DNA of 64,000 nt from Bryobacteraceae bacterium (lineage in GTDB: Bacteria; Acidobacteriota; Terriglobia; Bryobacterales; Bryobacteraceae): contig JBEKXZ010000003.1 of the NCBI GenBank assembly GCA_049511495.1, forward strand, positions 117,411 to 181,410, written 5' to 3'. The position numbers and the translations under genes were made by a program. This document shows, in pieces, positions 63,443 to 64,000 of the stretch (within the stretch, counting starts at the first letter, position 1; the number at the start of each line of letters is the position of its first letter). Below the pieces are notes generated by a model, which had not been told where the DNA came from, did no database searches, and saw only the letters and a list, made by a program, of their open reading frames with translations.

Positions 63443-64000
63443 ATGCTCATTCATCGGACCTGCGCCATGCCGCGCCTCGCTCCTCGTCCTCGCCGTTCCC
63501 GCGGAGCCGCAGCGCTCCTCGCCCTCACTGCCATCTTACTGTTCGCCGGGCCGGCTGGCGCACAATGGATTCCACAAAACCCAGTGACGAGTTTTGAGAA
63601 ACGGGCCGACGCCGTCGTGTTCGCGATGCAAACGGGAGCCCTGCGCGTGGCCGTCTCCACCGATTCCACCTTTCACATCACTTATTCGCCCACCGCCGCT
63701 TTCCCGGAACGCCCCAGCGACGTAATCGTCAAGACCTCCTGGCCGGCCGTGCCGTTCACCGTTTCCGAAACACCGCGCGGCGTTTTGATTTCGACCGCCC
63801 GCATGCGCGTGACCGTGGACCGCGCCAGCGGTACGCTTGCCTACGCCGACGCCTCCGGCCAATCGCTCGCGCAGCAAGGCCCCAACACGCTGACACCGGT
63901 TACCGTGAATGGCGAGAAGACCTATCACGCGGAGGCTTTCATCGGCCTATGGGGATCCACCGAGGCGTTTTATGGGCTGGGGCAGCACCAGTCAGGCGTG
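63443..64000 (+). CDS. Glycoside hydrolase family 31-like protein, N-terminal part (3' end lies outside the window)
   Basis: Frame is open to the window end. Signal peptide (ALLALTAILLFAGPAGAQ), N-terminal beta-sandwich-like region, ends ...FYGLGQHQSGV, typical of GH31 N-domains. ATG 63443 or 63467. Confidence 0.6.
   Translation, partial: MLIHRTCAMPRLAPRPRRSRGAAALLALTAILLFAGPAGAQWIPQNPVTSFEKRADAVVFAMQTGALRVAVSTDSTFHITYSPTAAFPERPSDVIVKTSWPAVPFTVSETPRGVLISTARMRVTVDRASGTLAYADASGQSLAQQGPNTLTPVTVNGEKTYHAEAFIGLWGSTEAFYGLGQHQSGV

Noticed and set aside
1-64000. Scan for CRISPR-like regularly spaced repeats, rRNA/tRNA genes, IS elements or transposases, and phage structural genes
   Set aside because: None found by eye. 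The only dispersed repeats are the two short hairpin families reported above. A computational scan (tRNAscan-SE, Infernal, ISfinder) is still needed to be sure.

Overview
GC-rich, densely coding chromosomal segment with about 58 protein genes and no rRNA, tRNA, CRISPR array, transposase or prophage genes that I can see. It is probably from an acidobacterium of the Solibacter/Bryobacter type. That placement is an inference from the NHL-repeat protein carrying a PLLYVSPTQINAQIPWEV-type C-terminal module, several large polytopic glycosyltransferase-like membrane proteins, and the M16/TPR/DUF1080/GH3/GH31 content. Main content: (i) a tightly packed operon (6.1-15.1 kb) with a 5S/12S/1.3S biotin transcarboxylase, methylmalonyl-CoA epimerase, both B12-mutase subunits and MeaB, followed by only the 3' remnant of the matching CoA-transferase; (ii) sugar uptake and use genes (SGLT-type symporter, galK, GH3 with a frameshift, GH31, DUF1080); (iii) three M16 peptidase genes, two of them translationally coupled to a paralogous secreted protein; (iv) housekeeping genes (fba, ctaA, dinB, xerD, panBC, fabZ-lpxA-lpxI, a DksA-like factor); (v) a minus-strand run of an NHL beta-propeller surface protein plus polytopic glycosyltransferase-like proteins. 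Three short stretches look AT-richer by eye and hold the accessory content: a leaderless higBA-like toxin-antitoxin pair next to two orphan ORFs (15.7-17.3 kb), an orphan secreted protein (33.4-34.5 kb), and a stand-alone proteasome-beta/HslV-like Ntn-hydrolase gene with an overlapping 63-codon partner (38.2-39.3 kb). The proteasome-like pair is my best candidate for something undescribed. Two families of structured intergenic repeats occur twice each: a twin-hairpin element directly 3' of stop codons, and a roughly 95-105 nt nested triple-hairpin element. All calls rest on motif recognition by eye. No database search was run, and the GC statements are visual estimates.
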